From Geosiphon pyriformis uo1 (taxonomy: Eukaryota > Fungi > Glomeromycota): 64,000 nucleotides of DNA. A program made the position numbers and the translations under genes. Shown in pieces: positions 50,901 through 64,000 of the stretch; the stretch's first letter is position 1; each line of letters begins with the position of its first letter. The stretch spans positions 269,527-333,526 of the forward strand of contig JAAOMT010000439.1 in assembly GCA_016748015.1 (NCBI GenBank), given 5' to 3'. The notes beneath the pieces were generated by a model. It was not told the origin of the DNA and did no database searches. It worked only from the letters and a program-made list of their open reading frames with translations.

Positions 50901-53900
50901 AAAGAATTTTTAACAAAATTTTTCTGGTTGTTTTTATTAATGCTATTAGTCTAGTATTAGTCAACATATCTTCTTATTTATAAGATTTTGGAATCATAAA
51001 CACTTAAGCTTTTTTTTACAAAACAGAAATTATATTAACATTTAAGCAAAAATTTAGTATAGTTAAAAAACAGTTTATGATTTTTGTATTAAAATACTTC
51101 CATAGCTTATTAAAAATATCTAAAAAGTTAGCAGTCTTGTTATCAGACAAAATTCTAATAGTTTGAATTAACTTTTTTATATTAATATACTTTATAATTC
51201 TAGAAAATGCTTTATTTTTTATATAATCTAATAGTATATATTATTAAAACCAAAGATTTAGTATTACTTTAAACACCAGTTTTTTTCAAGTTCAATTTTT
51301 TATAATCAAATTTATCTTGTATCTTACCATATTAGGTTCTAAAATTAGTTTTTTACCAATTATTAAATAGTTTAAGACTATTTTTTAAAAAAGTTTTTCC
51401 AGAATACTCCTAATTATTTGATTTTTGTTTGTACAAAAAATCTTTATTCTTCTATTAATCACATTCTTAATTGTAACTGTTTTCATAACTTTAGATTTTT
51501 GATACTTAGAAACATAATTTTTTTCTTAATTTTAGACAAATAAAAAAAAATTTCTTATTTTTTATCTTATTTCTAATAAAAAAACACTTTAAAATTTATT
51601 TGCATTCAAATTTGTCCAAATTTACATAAAATAATTAAAATTAACAACTGTTTTTAAGAAAAAAGTCTTGATAATTTTAGAAACCAAAACTTCTAATTTG
51701 CAAAATTTAGAAGACTGTTTTTTAAAATTACCAAAATTTTTAAATTAATCTTTAAGAAAATTTTTTTTTGCTAATTCTATTATTATTTTTTTTAGAAAAT
51801 CTTATATTGTTTTTAAATTGTTTTGTTTTTTTGTATTTTAAAACTTATTTAACACCAAAAATATTTTTATAGATAAATATTTGAATTATTCATATTTTTA
51901 AAGCCAAACTTCTATTGATTTTTATTAATGTATTTTCAGATAATATTTAAATATTTGTCTAAAAAACTGTTTAATCCAATAAAAACTGTAATATCTAAAT
52001 GGTGAATATTAAAATATTTAAATATATTACTAATTTTTTATTCAATCACAGCTGTTAAAAGATGTTTGCTAACAAAAATATAATTAATAGTCTTATTTAT
52101 ACTATTACTAATAGAATTTAGTCTATAATTAACATAAAAAAATTACTTTTATAATTTTTATTTTAAATAGCATATTATTTGTTAATTAATTAAATTATCA
52201 AAAATCACTTTTTAATTAATAATTTAATTTATATAATACACAAATGTAATAATCAGATTATATAATACTCCAAATTCTATAATATTCAAAAACTTGTCAA
52301 AATTTGTAGAATTTTGTAAATTAATTTAATAGTTTACCAAAATAATTTATAATTTATAAAAACAATTTTTAGTTTACTAAAATATATTTTTAGTTTATTA
52401 AAGACTAATATTATAATAAATTGTATAAAAAAAAACTTTTCTTTTCGAAAAAATATATTTTATTTTAAAATAACAATCTTAGCCAAAAATAATAATTTTA
52501 TCTTAGAATTATCTTCTTTGGAACAAGTTTTTTAATATAAATTAATAAAACATTAAATACTTTAAAAACATAATTTAATTAATTATAAATTAAAATTTCT
52601 CAAATCCCAATTAATATTTTGAAATTAATTAGCTACCAATTTCAGTAATTTGTTAATAACTTTAAGTCTAAACAGAAAATAATTTCTTTAACAAAATTTT
52701 TTTTTTATATTTTTTTTATATTTTATTGTAATTATTAAGGTAGTTTACAGACAAAATTTCTGTAAAAAAATTGATATTTACAACAAAGTAACTATACATT
52801 TTTAGTAAACTTTTAAATAAATATTTTCTGAAAAAAAATTAATTTTTACCATAAAATAATTATATAAATAACTAACACAGAATTAATATTTTATTTATAA
52901 ATTTTGCAGTTTAAATTATAAAAGATAATTTAAAGATAAATTCAGTTATTAAAGATTTAATTATTTTTAATAATTAAAAATTAACAGCAAAACAACATTA
53001 ATAATATTTAAAACAAAAAACCCAAAAATTTTCAGTAACAATACTTTTTAAATTATTTTATACTAAAAGCTTAACAGCAAAATTATTTGAAAAAAAATTG
53101 TACAAATCCAAATAAAAACATTTTTTGAAATTCATATTTTATTTCACATTGTTTTTATTGAAATTATTTTTTAATATCATATAAAAACTTGAATTAATTG
53201 TATTAACAATAAAAAAGTTTACTTTACAAACTTAGCTAAATTGCATACTAGCTAAAATTTTAGCATACAAATCCAATATTGTTACCAAAAACTTATTGTT
53301 AAACAATAAATAAATTAAGAAAAAATAACCAAAAATTTTAGAGATTTTATATATATACTAAACAAAAATATTATTGATTATTATTATTTTTGTATTCAGA
53401 TAACCAGAGTCTAAACCAAAAACAAAAACTTTTAAATTTAAAAATTTGTTTTTAATTTATAGTTTAGTTTGTCATTTTAATTTTGTTTTAGAAATTATAG
53501 AAATCAAATTGCTAAAATTTTTGTACTACTTAATAACATCTTTTTGTTTAGCTAAATTGTTCATATTTTTAATATTACAGATAGCAAACTTTTAAACCAA
53601 ATTATTTATTAAGATAAAAAAGAAACCAGAAAAACTGAACCAGTATACAACTGATTTAATTTTATTAGAATTGAACTAACAGAAATTTTAAAAACCACTA
53701 TTTTTGATTTTAAACTGTTTACTTTGGCAGTTAAAACTTTGGAACTATTTAGATCCAACATTAAAATCTCAGCACTTGTCAATGGAAAAGAAGAGGATAA
53801 TATTTGCAAATTATTCAAAACTATATTCGAATTTAATATTAAATCAGACTTTATAAAGTTTACTAAGATAAAAAAAGAAAAAAAAAACCAATAACACCAA

Positions 53901-55541
53901 ATTTATATTATTTAATTTGTTTATAATATTAAATATCTGATTAATTAACAATTTCAAAAACCACTTCAAAAACACCAAGCAAGCATCAATAAATAGAATA
54001 TTTTGCAAAAAATAGAAATAAAAAATCTTATTAAAATATATAACACTAGAAAAAAAAGAACTAAAGCCAAAATTATATTGAAAATAGAGACTAATAAGAC
54101 TATTTGAGCTCAAAACTTGTCATCAAAAACAACAAAACACAAGATAAAAGCACTTTTTTTGATATATAACTTAGCCAGTTAAAGATAGTTTATATACTTT
54201 TAAAAAAAAACTAATACATTTAAGACATTATACTCTAAAACAAAATATCTAAAACATTTATACTTTTTACATCAAACTAGATTTAATCTAACCCAAAAAA
54301 ACTTAATATTATTCAAAATTAGCTTTATATAAAAAGCTGTTTTCAGATATTTTTTTAATCTAAAACTAATTACAATATAATAAATCCTATTATCAGTTTT
54401 AAAAAACCAATTAATAATAAAAGTTTTTTTATTAGTTTTTTTTAATAAAATACTAAGATTATAAGTTATTGTTCCCATAAACAAAATAAATAATAGCACT
54501 TTAAAATAATTTTTAAACATTCAAATATTATAATTTTTTATAGTTTTGATCATATGCACAGAATTTTTTTTGATTAAGAACAACTATTTAAATACTAGCT
54601 AATCTGTTTAATTTAATTTAACAAACTTTATTATAGTCTAATTAATTACAATTGAATTAACACAATTTGTTTAAACTCAGTTATTGTAGTAATAGTCATA
54701 TTTTTTGGCATATTTATAAGAATTTTTTAATTATTACACTCTAATCTAAATGAAAATCTTGTTTTTTGAAATTATTATTTACTTTTAATATCTTTTTTTT
54801 AATTAATAATACAGCTTTCTCTATGCTTTTCTCTAATGTAAATGTAAATTTAATAATCTTTTCAAATTTTGAAAAAATGGTAACTTTTCCAAAACTATTA
54901 ATTAATGAAAAATTTTTTCTAATTGTCTAAGTTTTTGCAATTGCTAATTTGTTTTTTATTACCAAAAAATTAATATCCAATGCAAAAAATTTTTAACTGT
55001 CATTTTTATCTGTGTTTTAATAATTTTGGTATTAATTTATTTTTTGTTTAAGAAAATATTAAGAAGAAATAAAAGAAATCCAATATTTTTTTTCATATTA
55101 AAATTAAAAAAACCAAGAAGAAAGCCATAATTTATACCAATATTCACTCTTTTAGCTTTAAAAATAACAGCAGTTAAACTTAAAAAAAATCTATTATTAA
55201 TATTAATTATAATATTACTGTCTTTATTATTAAACTTACTATTTATATTCAAATACACACTATTATTAGAACTAAATTTGACTAAAAAAACAATTTTTTT
55301 ATTACTAAAGTGTTTAATATTGCTAAAAACAATCTTCTTTTTTTGAAAAAAAGAACTATTAGCAAAATCATAAAAAACTTTTTTAAACACTTTTTTTTTA
55401 AATATACTATTACTTAAAACAGTTTCTAAGTTTATAATAAAAGAGTTATTAACTTAAAAAACAATGAAAAAAACAATGAAAAAAACAAAAACTTTTTTTT
55501 AAAAATTTGTTTTTTGAAAAATTTTGAACATAGAAGAAAAA
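47977..55541 (-). mobile_element. Old near-full-length LINE relic; its 3' end continues at ~41153-41206
   Basis: 5' motif at ~55541. ORF1 relic 55390->53609. Junction reads NNLV*KFAICN. Eroded RT/RNase H at 52200->48060. The tail is split by the young LINE. Confidence 0.8.
52245..53050 (+). mobile_element. Gypsy-like fragment nested in the old LINE, homologous to 8410-9450
   Basis: Collinear similarity, e.g. TTAATATTTTGAAATTAATTAGCTACCAATTTCAGTAATTT vs TTAATATTTTAAAATTAATTAGCTACTAATTTCAATAATTT, and ACAAAATTTCTGTAAAAAA in both. Confidence 0.75.
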
Positions 55542-56445
55542 ATATTTTATATTTAATTTTAAGTATTATATTAGTTTGTTAATTAAGTTTTATAAAAATA
55601 TTGTTAAATTTTTTTTTGTTTTAAATTAAAAAGAAATTATTAAATCAAAAACCATTTTTAAAGCCATATTTTTTGGTTATATTGTTTTTAAAATTAAAAA
55701 ATTGGTTTTTTAAATATATAAATATTATTACAAATATATTTTTTAAATAGTTTTCTGTAATTTGGTATTGTTATTTAATAAATTTATCTAATTTTTTTTT
55801 TAAATTTAAAGATTTTTATTAAAGTTTTTTGTATAAAAACAAAATTTAATATAATTATTTAAACAAAAAAATAAATTAAACATAAAAAAAAACATAATTA
55901 AAATTTATAATAATAATATTAAATACTATTAAATAATATCAAATAACATAAAATAATAGATTATAATAATAATAACAAAATATTATAAAAATATTAAAAA
56001 ATATATATATTAATAATTTTAATTTAAAAAAAAATTTTAAAAAAAGATTTTTTTAGGTTAATATTTAAAATCTAATTAGAGTAATAAAATTTAATCATAT
56101 TTTTATATTTTTAATTTCAATAAAAAAATTTTGTTAATATTTTAATAAATACTATTTATATAATTTTACAAATACTTTTAAAAAAATTTATTAACAAATA
56201 AAAAAATATATCAAAAAAAACTTTTTCTTATTTATTAAAAAAACCAAATTTAAATTTTAAATATAATAATTTTAAAAAAAATTATAGTATCTTAATAGAA
56301 AAAATTTCAAATAATTATATTATTAAAAAATTTTTATTATTATATTTTTGATAATACAATACAAATTTTATTAAAAACTATATTATTATTTAAACCAAAA
56401 AAAGTTAAAATATTAAAATTTCTTAGAAAATACAATAAATTAAAA

Positions 56446-59400
56446 CTTTTTTCTCTCTTATATCCCAAATTTTTCAAAGAGCAAATTTTTGAAAAAAAAG
56501 TTTTTTTATTTTATTTTTTGTTATTTTTTTGCAAACATTTTTCAAGTAAATAATCTTTTTGTGGTAAATTTAGTGGCTGTTTTAAATAGTATTATGTTTA
56601 AAAAAAATTGTCTAAAGAAATTCTTTATAGTTTTATTGAAGATTTTTTTTTCCAAAAGAAAAAGATATCTGTTGATAATATTAAGCATTTCAGTAATAAA
56701 AAAAATATCTTTTAGTCAAATCTAGTACTAGTGATAGTATATACTTAAATATAAACAATAAGTCTGGTAATAGTAAGAATAATAATATCTTATTAGGTAT
56801 TAATAGTGGCTCTTTTTTTGGCTTGACAGCAAATATCCCTAAAGCTAAAAAAGTAAATACTGGTCTGGTTTGTAGTTCTCTTATTGGCTTAATAAACCTT
56901 AGAATAGACAAAGATAAGAAACTCTTCTTTTCTTTTCTTAATATTTCTCTGAAAAAAAGATTGATAAATCTTAAAATTGTAAAAATTCAAATAAAAATAC
57001 CTGTCAGAAAATTTTTTGTTTTAGATATTGATCTTTCAATTATTGAAAAAAAATTAATAATGACAAAAACTTGGGTGATTAAGAAACTTTTTTCAACAAT
57101 TAATAGTTTTAGAGAGACTACTATTTTCTCAAAATTTGAGAAAATTATTAAATCAACATTTGTTTTAAAAAAAAGTATAAATAAGACTATATTATTAGCT
57201 GAAAAAAAAGAAATCAAAGTAAACAACAATCTTAAAAGACAAAAAATGCATTTAGATTAGGCTGTAATAATTAAAAAAATTTCTATAAATATGTCAAAAA
57301 AATAATTATTGCCATAGTATTTGAGTTTGATCAAATTGTGTTAATCTGTTTACAACTAATTAGACTATAACAAAAAACTGTAATAAAATTTGCCAAATCA
57401 AGTCAAGCTAATTTGTTGGCATTAAAATAGTTATTCTTAATTGAAAAAGATTCAATATATATGCAAAAGCTGTAAGAGATTGTAAAACTTGGATGTTTAG
57501 GAATTAATTTAGAGCTCTTTTGTTTATTTTTCTTATGGAAAAAACTGCTTATAATCTTGATGCTCTATTAAAAAAAGCTGGTAAGAAAATTTGTATTATA
57601 AATTAATCATTTAAAATTGGCAACAGAATTCATTGTGCTGTAATTGTTTTTGAATTAAATAAGAAACTAAAATTTGTTTTTTATATAAAGCTGATTTTTA
57701 ATGATGTGAAATTTTTTTGGATTAAAATAAATTTGGTTTGATATGAAAAATGTGGATGTTTTGGTCATTCTGCTTTAAAATATAATACTTCTGGTTTTTT
57801 TCCTTTTCTATTTTTAAAAGTATTTAAAAAGTTTGTTTTAGAAGAAAATTATCTTTAGCTAGCCAAGTTATATGTCAAAAAAAATATTTTTATCTTTTGT
57901 TCTGCTGTTTTTGGTGACAAGTCATGAATTCAAATAGTCTTAGCAGTTTTTGTTTCTAATAATTTGTTTACTGGTTCTGGTTTTGGCTCTTCTTTTCTTA
58001 GTATTTCAGATTCTAATGGAAAATTTTCTTTTACTTTACCAAATAACTCTTCTTTAAATACTTATTTGGCCTTTTTGAAACACTTTTTGGAGATTTTGGC
58101 AGATCAAATATCTGGTATTGTGTAAAAATTAAGCTTTGTGAATTTGGTACCTTTGATACATATTTTTCAATTCTTTTTTTCTATTATGTTTGTATTAAAT
58201 TTGAATTTAAATTTGAATATGGTTCTGAATAATCTATTTGTATTATCTGTTTCTCTTTTTTCTGTTGTTAATGAAAAAATTTTAAATTTGGATTTGAGTA
58301 AATCAAAAATTCTGACCATTAAAGTAAGCAGTTTGAAAACAAAAATGGTGGCTTTTAAAATCTTAATTAATTCAGTTTTGGTAAATTTAAATCAATTGTG
58401 CTTTGGCTTGGACTTTTTAATACTTTTATTGTCTTAATAACTAATTTAATATAGAAGTTTGCTATATGTAATATTTAAGATATTAATGTTTTTGCAAAAC
58501 AGAAAAACATTGTTTATTAATATAAAAATTTAAATAATATAATTTTTATTATTACAAAAACAAAGTTAAAATTTAGTGCTAAATCATAGATTATAAATAA
58601 GTTTAATAAAATACAAATTTTTATATCCAGTTTAAAAAAAGTTTTTTTGGCACTGAAGTGACTATTATTATGAACAATTTTCTGGTTTGACATGTTTCTA
58701 AGATAAAAAAAGTTTCCAATTAGGTTATTTTAGTATGGCTTCTCTTTAAAAACAAGCTTTTAATAATAATTTTGGGCTTATATGCTGGTGTTTCTGCTAA
58801 AACAAGATTAGATTAGGCTGTAAAAATTAATTTTTTTATTGTTAAAGCAGTTAATTCTAGCATTTTTGTTAGTTTTAAGTGAAAATTTTAATGAAGATAA
58901 ATCCAAGAAAAATGTGAATTTCAAGTTTTGTTTGAACTTGGATTTGGTTAATCTGTTTGGCAGATATTTATTGGCTAAAGCCTATACTTAAAGCAACTTA
59001 AAAGGTGTTAAAAGAGTTATAAATTATATTTTTGTAAGCAAAAGTTTATTATTTGTAGTTGTTAATTATAAAGTTGACTCTATATTAGACTTTTTGATAT
59101 TAATCACAAAACAGTTTTAGTTTTAATTGGGCTGAGTGGTTTTTTAAATGTTTACTTAAATAACATATGCAAACAAACCAACAAATATAAATAGAAATTC
59201 AAAATTAAAGATATTAATACTGCTAAGTAATTGTAGTTTAAAGAATATTTTCTGGAATAATTTTTGTTAAATATAATGAATTTTAATAATACAAGAGACT
59301 ATAATAATCTAAATACAATGTAAAAAATTTTGAAGAAAGTAGTAGTGAGTTCTATTAATAAAATTTTCTTTAAACATTGGTTTAATAAATATAAGTGCTC

Positions 59401-62400
59401 AAAAAACAAACAATTATCCAAGTTTTTTAAGCTAAAACTATTGGTAACTAAGATTATAAAAAGTTTAAGTTCAAACTGTTCTAAAAAAACTAATTGTCTT
59501 TTTGGTATTTAGAGTATTATAAATAAAAAAGAAGCTTCCAAAGTAAAAATTATGATTAGCAGTAATAAAAAAACAAATAAAATTCTCTAATACTTGTTAA
59601 GTATTAAAAAAAAGTACCACAAATCTAAGTATTATAAATTCAAAATTGTTAAAAATTATCATATTAGAAAAGTAATAAAAAAACATGGAAAACTTTTGCT
59701 CTAACAAAAAGCATATAATTAGAAACATTTTAAAATGTCCAGTTCAGAAAATAGTGTTTAATCATCTGGTAATAGATAATAATTTAGTTCTAAAGCTCTG
59801 TAAAGTTAAGTTTAATATTGACATAATCATAAAAAAATGAACAAAAAACATATAATACTTAATATATTGTTAGATTAGTAGTTTAACTAATATGTTCTCT
59901 TAGATTATGTTGATAATAATGCCCTTTTAAAGATAATATATAATATTGATCTCAATAAATTCTTATAGATAGTTAAGAATCTGCCTAATAAAAAAACTGC
60001 TGGTTTTTTTGGTATTTTTAATAAGCTTTAGAAACATAGTGATATGTAGATATTTAGTAGTCTAATAATATTTTCAATGTGTATTTAGAGTTAAATATAG
60101 TTTCTATATAATAAAAAAGAGATTAAATCTCTATAATATTGAAACTATATGACTGAAAAGAAACTCTTATTAATATTAAACTAATAGTTTTGATTAAAAT
60201 AACCCAGAAAATTTTGTTGAAGTTTCTTTTGAATAGAATTTCTCTAGTATATAGTAAGTTTAATGTTTTACATGATAATAACTTTTTAGTTTTAAAAAGC
60301 ACATTTACTTAAACTCTAATCTTTGCTATTGGTTTTATAATTAAGAATGCTTTGGAAAAAAATAGAGAACTGTAGTTGGTTCTTCAAAATATTCACAAAG
60401 TATACAATTTTGTTAGGTAGTATAACTTGAAAAACAGCTTAATTAGAAACAAAATATGTCTTTGTTTTATCAGATTTTTTAAAAATATACATAATAATCA
60501 AATCAATCAAGTAATAACAAATTTTGGGCTTATAATAAAATATACTGTTCATAATAAGTTGGATTAGGGTAAGGTTTTTTACTAATACTGTAGAAAATCT
60601 TCTATGACCATTTACTTTGTGAAATTAAAAAGCATAATTATGTATATAGTTACAGAATAGATTCTAAATTTTTTACATAAACTAGCAAACAGAATCTTAA
60701 AAATATCAAGATATTTTTTATGGCTGTTAGAGCTTTTATATATGATATAATTTGGATTAAGAATGGCATATCTGTTATTCAGCATATTTTGGACATAGCT
60801 AATGAATTTTTTTATATTAATAATATTTTTATTAATATAGAAAAAACAGTTTCTATTTTTATTAATTAAAAAATAAAAAATTCTTATTTAATAATAAGTG
60901 GGTCAAACATTTCAATAGCAAAAAAAAGTGAAACTTATAAATATTTAAGCATTTTTTTATCTACAGAAAGTTTTTTTCGACCAAATATTATTAAGATGTA
61001 CTCAAATATAAAAAATTTACAAATTTAATTTTGAGAAAAACTGTTTTTGACAAATAATTCCTGTATTTAGTGTTTGCTGTTTTTTAGTTTATAATTGGTT
61101 ATAGACTGCAATTTAATTATATTTCAACAAGTATATACAAAAATTGAGACAAAATACTGAAAAAAAATTGAAACTTAAGGCCAATTTACCCAAAAATTTT
61201 TCCAATAAACCCATTTTTTATTTTAAATTATATAATCTTAAAACATTTAAACAAATACAGACTGAAAATTTGCTGGCTAATTTAATAATCTATGTTAATT
61301 CAAAAGACATTCATGGCAATTTTTTGAACACAGAGCTATAAATCTACAAGCTATTAATTGAATGTCTGATAACTCTTTAATTTTCTAATTATGTTGTTAA
61401 TTAATTCCATAAATCATTTTTGGCAGATATAATAAACATTTTGGCATTATGTGGTTTGTCATTAAGTAACAACATACTTAATATTTTTTAGGCCAACAAT
61501 AGTATCACTGTTGCAGATGTTTTAAGATTAAAACAATATATGAAAGTGATAAGCTCACTTAAGTAATTTGGTATTGTTTTTGTAAATTAGCTTTTGGATT
61601 ATTACAGCACATATTTTATATGAAATATATTTTACAGATAAAAAAAACTAGATTTTAGGAATCTGATTTCTGAATAGTTCAATTTGCTGACTGAATTCAT
61701 TGAGAATAATAGTCTAAATAACAATTGTGTTTTAACACACTGTTTTAATTCTAATAGTTGTTTATATAATATTGGCTTTGTTAAAAAATGTCTTATAAAA
61801 AAGAGAATTAATAAAGTAGTTGTTTATATAGTGTGTTTCAATTACAAAAAATATCAAACCAAATTTTCACAATAAATGTTGAATAGAAAAAGAGTATATT
61901 TATCAAATAATTATGTCAAAGAATCTGTTAATCAATTAAAACAAAGTTAAGGATCATTCTGGAGTTGTTAGTAATAAATGTGCAGATTTTTTTGCCAATA
62001 CTACTACTATGTTCAATTTTATACTGTCTATTAAGATATTATACTACTTTTTTGCAGTAGAAAGCAAACTTGTCTTTAGTAATGTTTACTATTTTATTAA
62101 GAGTCTGTTTGAAACCATTAGTTTTGTTGATTGAGAATTCAAATATGCAGATAATATTATGAATAAGTTTTTTTGTAACCTTTTTAATATGTATTAGATA
62201 TTTAATATATGGCACCCTAATGGTTGAGTTTGGTCTAATTTTATAAGTTCTGTTTTTGTGACACTGTATTTTTATTTTATAAAGGTCTTATATTATTAAT
62301 TGTTTATAGCCAAAAAAAAAATTTATACAATTCAAGTTATCTTAATGTGCTGTGTATTTGGTGTAGACTAATAAAAAACTCAGATCATATATTTTTATGC

Positions 62401-63040
62401 ATACATAATAATAATACCAAAAAAGATTTGATTTCAGATATCATTAAAGATTGAACTAATTTGCTAAATATTTATGCTGTTAACTGTATAATAATCTTTT
62501 TTTTTATGAAACTAGGTCTTCTAATTATTTATACATATTGTTAACTAAAAGTTTTATGATGAAAAATTAGGTAATTGATATAACAGAGTTGTTAAAAAAT
62601 GAATTAGGTAATAAATTATTAGTTATTAATTTGGTTTGGCATTTTGCTGAAGATTATAAATCTGCTATATAATTATTAATAGCCAAATTGAAAGCACATT
62701 ATAAGAAACATAACTTATTATTATGTAATAAATCTGTGATTTCTATTATGGTTGGGTTAGTTTTCATGTAATTCTATAAAATAATTTATGATTTTGGCAT
62801 TAAACTAGGTATCTATATTTGTTTTAATCTACATTTTTGGTTAATTAGTATATAGTTTAGTTTCTTATATAATTTTCTTATAATAAATAATTTAGGTATA
62901 TAGTATTGTTTTGATTGGTCTAAATAATTAGTTATATATAAAAAAAGCATGAGTTATACTTAATATATAATCTTGTATAATTATATGTTTTTAAGTAATA
63001 GTTGGACTGTACTTATTATATTTAATAAATAAAAAAAGAA
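56446..63040 (+). mobile_element. Old full-length LINE relic
   Basis: 5' motif CTTTTTTCTCTCTTATATCCCAAAT. ORF1 relic (PVRKFFVLDIDL, cf. PIRKSFALNIGL) ends at 58437. ORF2 relic (KFAICN, ILGLYAGVS, HSGVVSNKCADFFA). Tail and A-run at 62905-63040. Confidence 0.85.
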
Positions 63041-63094
63041 ATACAATATTATTTAAATAAAAAAACTAATTAATTATAAAAAAATTAAAATTAA

Positions 63095-63230
63095 TATAAT
63101 ATAAAATAATACAAAATAAAATAAAATAAAATAAAATAATTAATAATAAAATAAAATAAAATAAAATAACAAATAATAATATTAATATAAAATAATAAAT
63201 TATAATTAATAATAACAAAATAATATAAAA
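63095..63230 (+). repeat. Degenerate (TAAAA)n low-complexity tract
   Basis: Interrupted ATAAA arrays. These account for the spurious ORF 63066-63263. Confidence 0.65.
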
Positions 63231-63952
63231 TATTAAGCTTTTAAAAGCTATTTTATAAAACAAAAAATATGTATATTTATAAGTAGTTTAAACTTAAAAA
63301 AACTATTCAATTTTAAAATTAAATTTTAAAACTTAAATTAATTAAATTTGATTATATTTTTATTTTTTATTTTTAATAAATATATTTATTAAAAAATTTA
63401 TGAATTAAATTTTATTTTTTTATTATAAAAATTTACTTATTTTTATTTTTTTAAAGCCAAATATAATAGTATAACACTTTTAATAACTTAAATTAATTTT
63501 ATTATTTATTTTTTCTTTTAAAAATTCAAATTAGTTTGAAAAAAGCCAAAAGTAGCATATATAATAATTTAATAATTTAATAAAAAAAAATATATTTTAA
63601 ATTTAATCTTATTAAAAATTATTAGCTTATTAGAAAAATATAAAAATAATATTAAATTAAAATTATTTTAAGTGTTTTTAATAAAACTTTAAAAAAGAAA
63701 AAATTTTTAATCAAAAATAAAAAAAGTATTTTAAATTAGCAAAAAATTTGTTAATTATTATTTTATTTAAAAAAAATGATTTTACAAAATATTATCAAAC
63801 AATTTTTATAACTATAAGTATTTTATTAATAAAAATACTATCAATTTTTTTTATTTTTTGCTCTAATTATAATTATAAAAATAAAATAAAAAAAGAATAT
63901 ATATTTGGTTTAATATTTTTTTTTAAAATATATATAAAAACTTTAAAAAAAA

Positions 63953-64000
63953 TCTTCTCTCTTACTCCCAAAAACCCCAATGAGTTATTTTTTTGAAGAA
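63953..64000 (+). mobile_element. Probable 5' end of another LINE running off the window
   Basis: TCTTCTCTCTTACTCCCAAAAACCCCAA...TTTTTTGAAGAA resembles the 5' ends at 41222 and 56446. Confidence 0.55.

Noticed and set aside
1-64000. CRISPR arrays, tRNA/rRNA genes, bacterial endosymbiont or HGT segments
   Set aside because: No regularly spaced repeats, no recognisable structural RNA genes, and all intact genes are intron-rich eukaryotic types.

Overview
Eukaryotic, very AT-rich, intron-dense fungal DNA. The gene set and repeat style suggest an early-diverging fungus, probably Glomeromycotina and possibly Geosiphon-like (inference). A CpG-containing host gene island (~17.9-36.8 kb) holds six spliced genes: a RluA-family pseudouridine synthase (+), ATG15 lipase (-), an ER FKBP-type PPIase (-), a DDX21/DDX50-like DEAD-box helicase (-), mitochondrial uS13/SWS2 (+) and RAD50 (+, about 28 exons). 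Both flanks are nested retroelement graveyards. These contain one young full-length LINE (41207-47967; ORF1 RRM-like/CCHC, ORF2 APE-RT-RNase H-CCHC, 9-bp TSD), three older AT-eroded LINEs, and Gypsy-like gag-protease-dUTPase relics. The most interesting signal is a LINE-dependent partner system. Two ~2.3-kb poly(A)-tailed elements (one with a clean 11-bp TSD) each encode only a single ~710-aa divergent ORF1-like protein and no RT. They carry the same 3' stem-loop tail found in all LINE families here (nine tail copies in the window). All repeats show a graded, indel-poor C>T/G>A erosion, including non-CpG sites, that resembles RIP, while host genes are spared. Boundaries of the eroded relics are approximate. 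All alignments were done by eye.
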